Positions 62,940-64,000 of a DNA stretch of 64,000 bases are shown here, in pieces. The DNA comes from an uncultured bacterium (lineage in GTDB: Bacteria; Chloroflexota; Dehalococcoidia; Tepidiformales; Tepidiformaceae). Position numbers and translations under genes: made by a program. The DNA is taken from the NCBI GenBank assembly GCA_963832795.1, contig CAWHVJ010000012.1, positions 59,095-123,094 of the forward strand. Direction: 5' to 3'. How positions within the stretch are numbered: the first letter of the stretch is position 1; every line of letters begins with the position of its first letter. The notes under the pieces were generated by a model. It saw nothing but the letters and a program-made list of their open reading frames with translations, did no database searches and had not been told where the DNA came from.

Positions 62940-62942
62940 GGC

Positions 62943-63356
62943 TTAGGCCCCCTTCGCCGGCCGCCAGAGGGGCAGCGTCACATCGTCGTTCACCTTGTAC
63001 GGCGCAATCTCGAGCGGCATGTCGAGTTGCAGCGCCTCTGGTGTCTGCGGGCAGTCGATGATGTTCGTCATCATCTTCGGGCCCTCGTCCAGCTCAACCA
63101 CCGCGATCGCGAACGGCGCCTCGTATCCCGGAGGCGGCCGGTGGCTGATGACGTAGCTGAGGAGCTTCCCGCGTCCGCTCGCCTGGAACCACTCGACCTC
63201 GGAGAACGGGTCCGCGGGGTCGAACGGCCGTGGCGGGAAGTAGACGTGGCCCGTCTTCTTGTTGCGCTGGATCATGAGTTTGCCTTCCTTCAACCCGTCC
63301 CAGTAGGGCTGGGTCTCAGGCGTGGCCTGTGGGAGCGACTTCGAATAGTCGTGCAA
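62943..63356 (-). CDS. Zn-ribbon / OB-fold protein (DUF35)
   Basis: 137 aa, typical thiolase partner. Confidence 0.65.
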   Translation of the reverse strand: MHDYSKSLPQATPETQPYWDGLKEGKLMIQRNKKTGHVYFPPRPFDPADPFSEVEWFQASGRGKLLSYVISHRPPPGYEAPFAIAVVELDEGPKMMTNIIDCPQTPEALQLDMPLEIAPYKVNDDVTLPLWRPAKGA

Positions 63357-63506
63357 CGGAACCTGCCTTCGTTATGGAGTCCGGTCCCGAGGCACACGAA
63401 TGCCCCCGGCTTCCGGCTCAGTTCTGCACTCACATATCTACCGTGCGCGTGAAGGTCGGGCAAGTTTAGGACGCCGCGAAATATATGTGCGTCCGCATGG
63501 CGCCCC

Positions 63507-64000
63507 TCACGCCCCGTACAACAGCTCCCGCAAATCAATCGCCAGGTTCGTCCCGTCGAGCAGCATGTGCCGCGGGTTGAACCCCTCCGCCCGCACCGCG
63601 ATGCGCAGGTCCTCCGGGTCGAGGTCCGCCGGGATCGCGATCCCGGCGTTCCCGGATGCGTCCGTCGTCGTCCGCGCCACGCGCCCGTCCTTGTGGTCGC
63701 TGACGATAATCTCCGCCCCGCCGATCGGCGGATTTTCGCCGCTCACGTCGGCGTCGTTGTCCACCACCGCGATCTGCGCCGTCCGCCCGTCATGCGCGAC
63801 GGTGATCTGCACCGCCACGTCCCGCAGGTAGATCAGCGGCTCCGTCGTCACCGCCGCCATCCCATCGCGCTCCGGGATCCGCGCCGGGTTGGCGCGCATC
63901 CCGATGTCCTGCTGCGCCATCCCGTGGTCCGTCGTGACGACGAACAGCGTCGAGTCGAACAGCCCGCGCTCATCCATATCCGCGAGGATGTGCCCGATGC
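63507..64000 (-). CDS. alkaline phosphatase / phosphodiesterase family protein, C-terminal part (start beyond window end)
   Basis: LFVVTTDHGM motif; the ORF runs off the window. Confidence 0.5.
   Translation of the reverse strand, partial: IGHILADMDERGLFDSTLFVVTTDHGMAQQDIGMRANPARIPERDGMAAVTTEPLIYLRDVAVQITVAHDGRTAQIAVVDNDADVSGENPPIGGAEIIVSDHKDGRVARTTTDASGNAGIAIPADLDPEDLRIAVRAEGFNPRHMLLDGTNLAIDLRELLYGA

Overview
This is a high-GC (about 68%) bacterial chromosomal window whose gene content and ribosomal-protein extensions suggest a Terrabacteria lineage such as Chloroflexota or Actinomycetota. Positions 7.3-29.4 kb hold the conserved str-S10-spc-alpha ribosomal superoperon on the + strand (rpsL, rpsG, fusA, tuf, rpsJ through rpsD, then rpoA and rplQ), followed by truA-rplM-rpsI and a terminator. 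Upstream lie a partial queG, a NUDIX hydrolase, a PIG-L deacetylase, lexA with a Cheo-type SOS box, an orphan ABC ATPase, HIT and HD proteins, and a LysM protein. Downstream the content is accessory-like: PT-rich membrane proteins, two toxin-antitoxin pairs (VapBC and RHH-PIN), an SPFH protein with a four-fold repeated N-terminal module, an ANT-like nucleotidyltransferase, an F420-type Ddn reductase, TetR and PadR regulators, two GNAT acetyltransferases, a soxR gene divergent from a Rieske-fusion protein with a textbook SoxR box, and two paralogous LuxR-HTH/TM/sensor loci that share a conserved leaderless promoter element (a third, truncated copy also exists). Further on are a Firmicutes-like primosome cluster (rplI-dnaB-dnaD-like-dnaI-dnaI'), an 839-aa PT-rich polytopic membrane protein, HDOD-GGDEF, an SplB-like radical SAM protein, a lipoprotein esterase, a hotdog/thiolase/DUF35 set, and coaE preceded by a four-helix-bundle (23S-IVS family) gene flanked by inverted GGACTCR heptad repeats. 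At least five apparent frameshifts sit at G/C runs in otherwise intact genes, and rpoA has no in-frame stop before rplQ. Both patterns are compatible with either pseudogenisation or indel sequencing errors. I recognised no rRNA, tRNA or CRISPR array.
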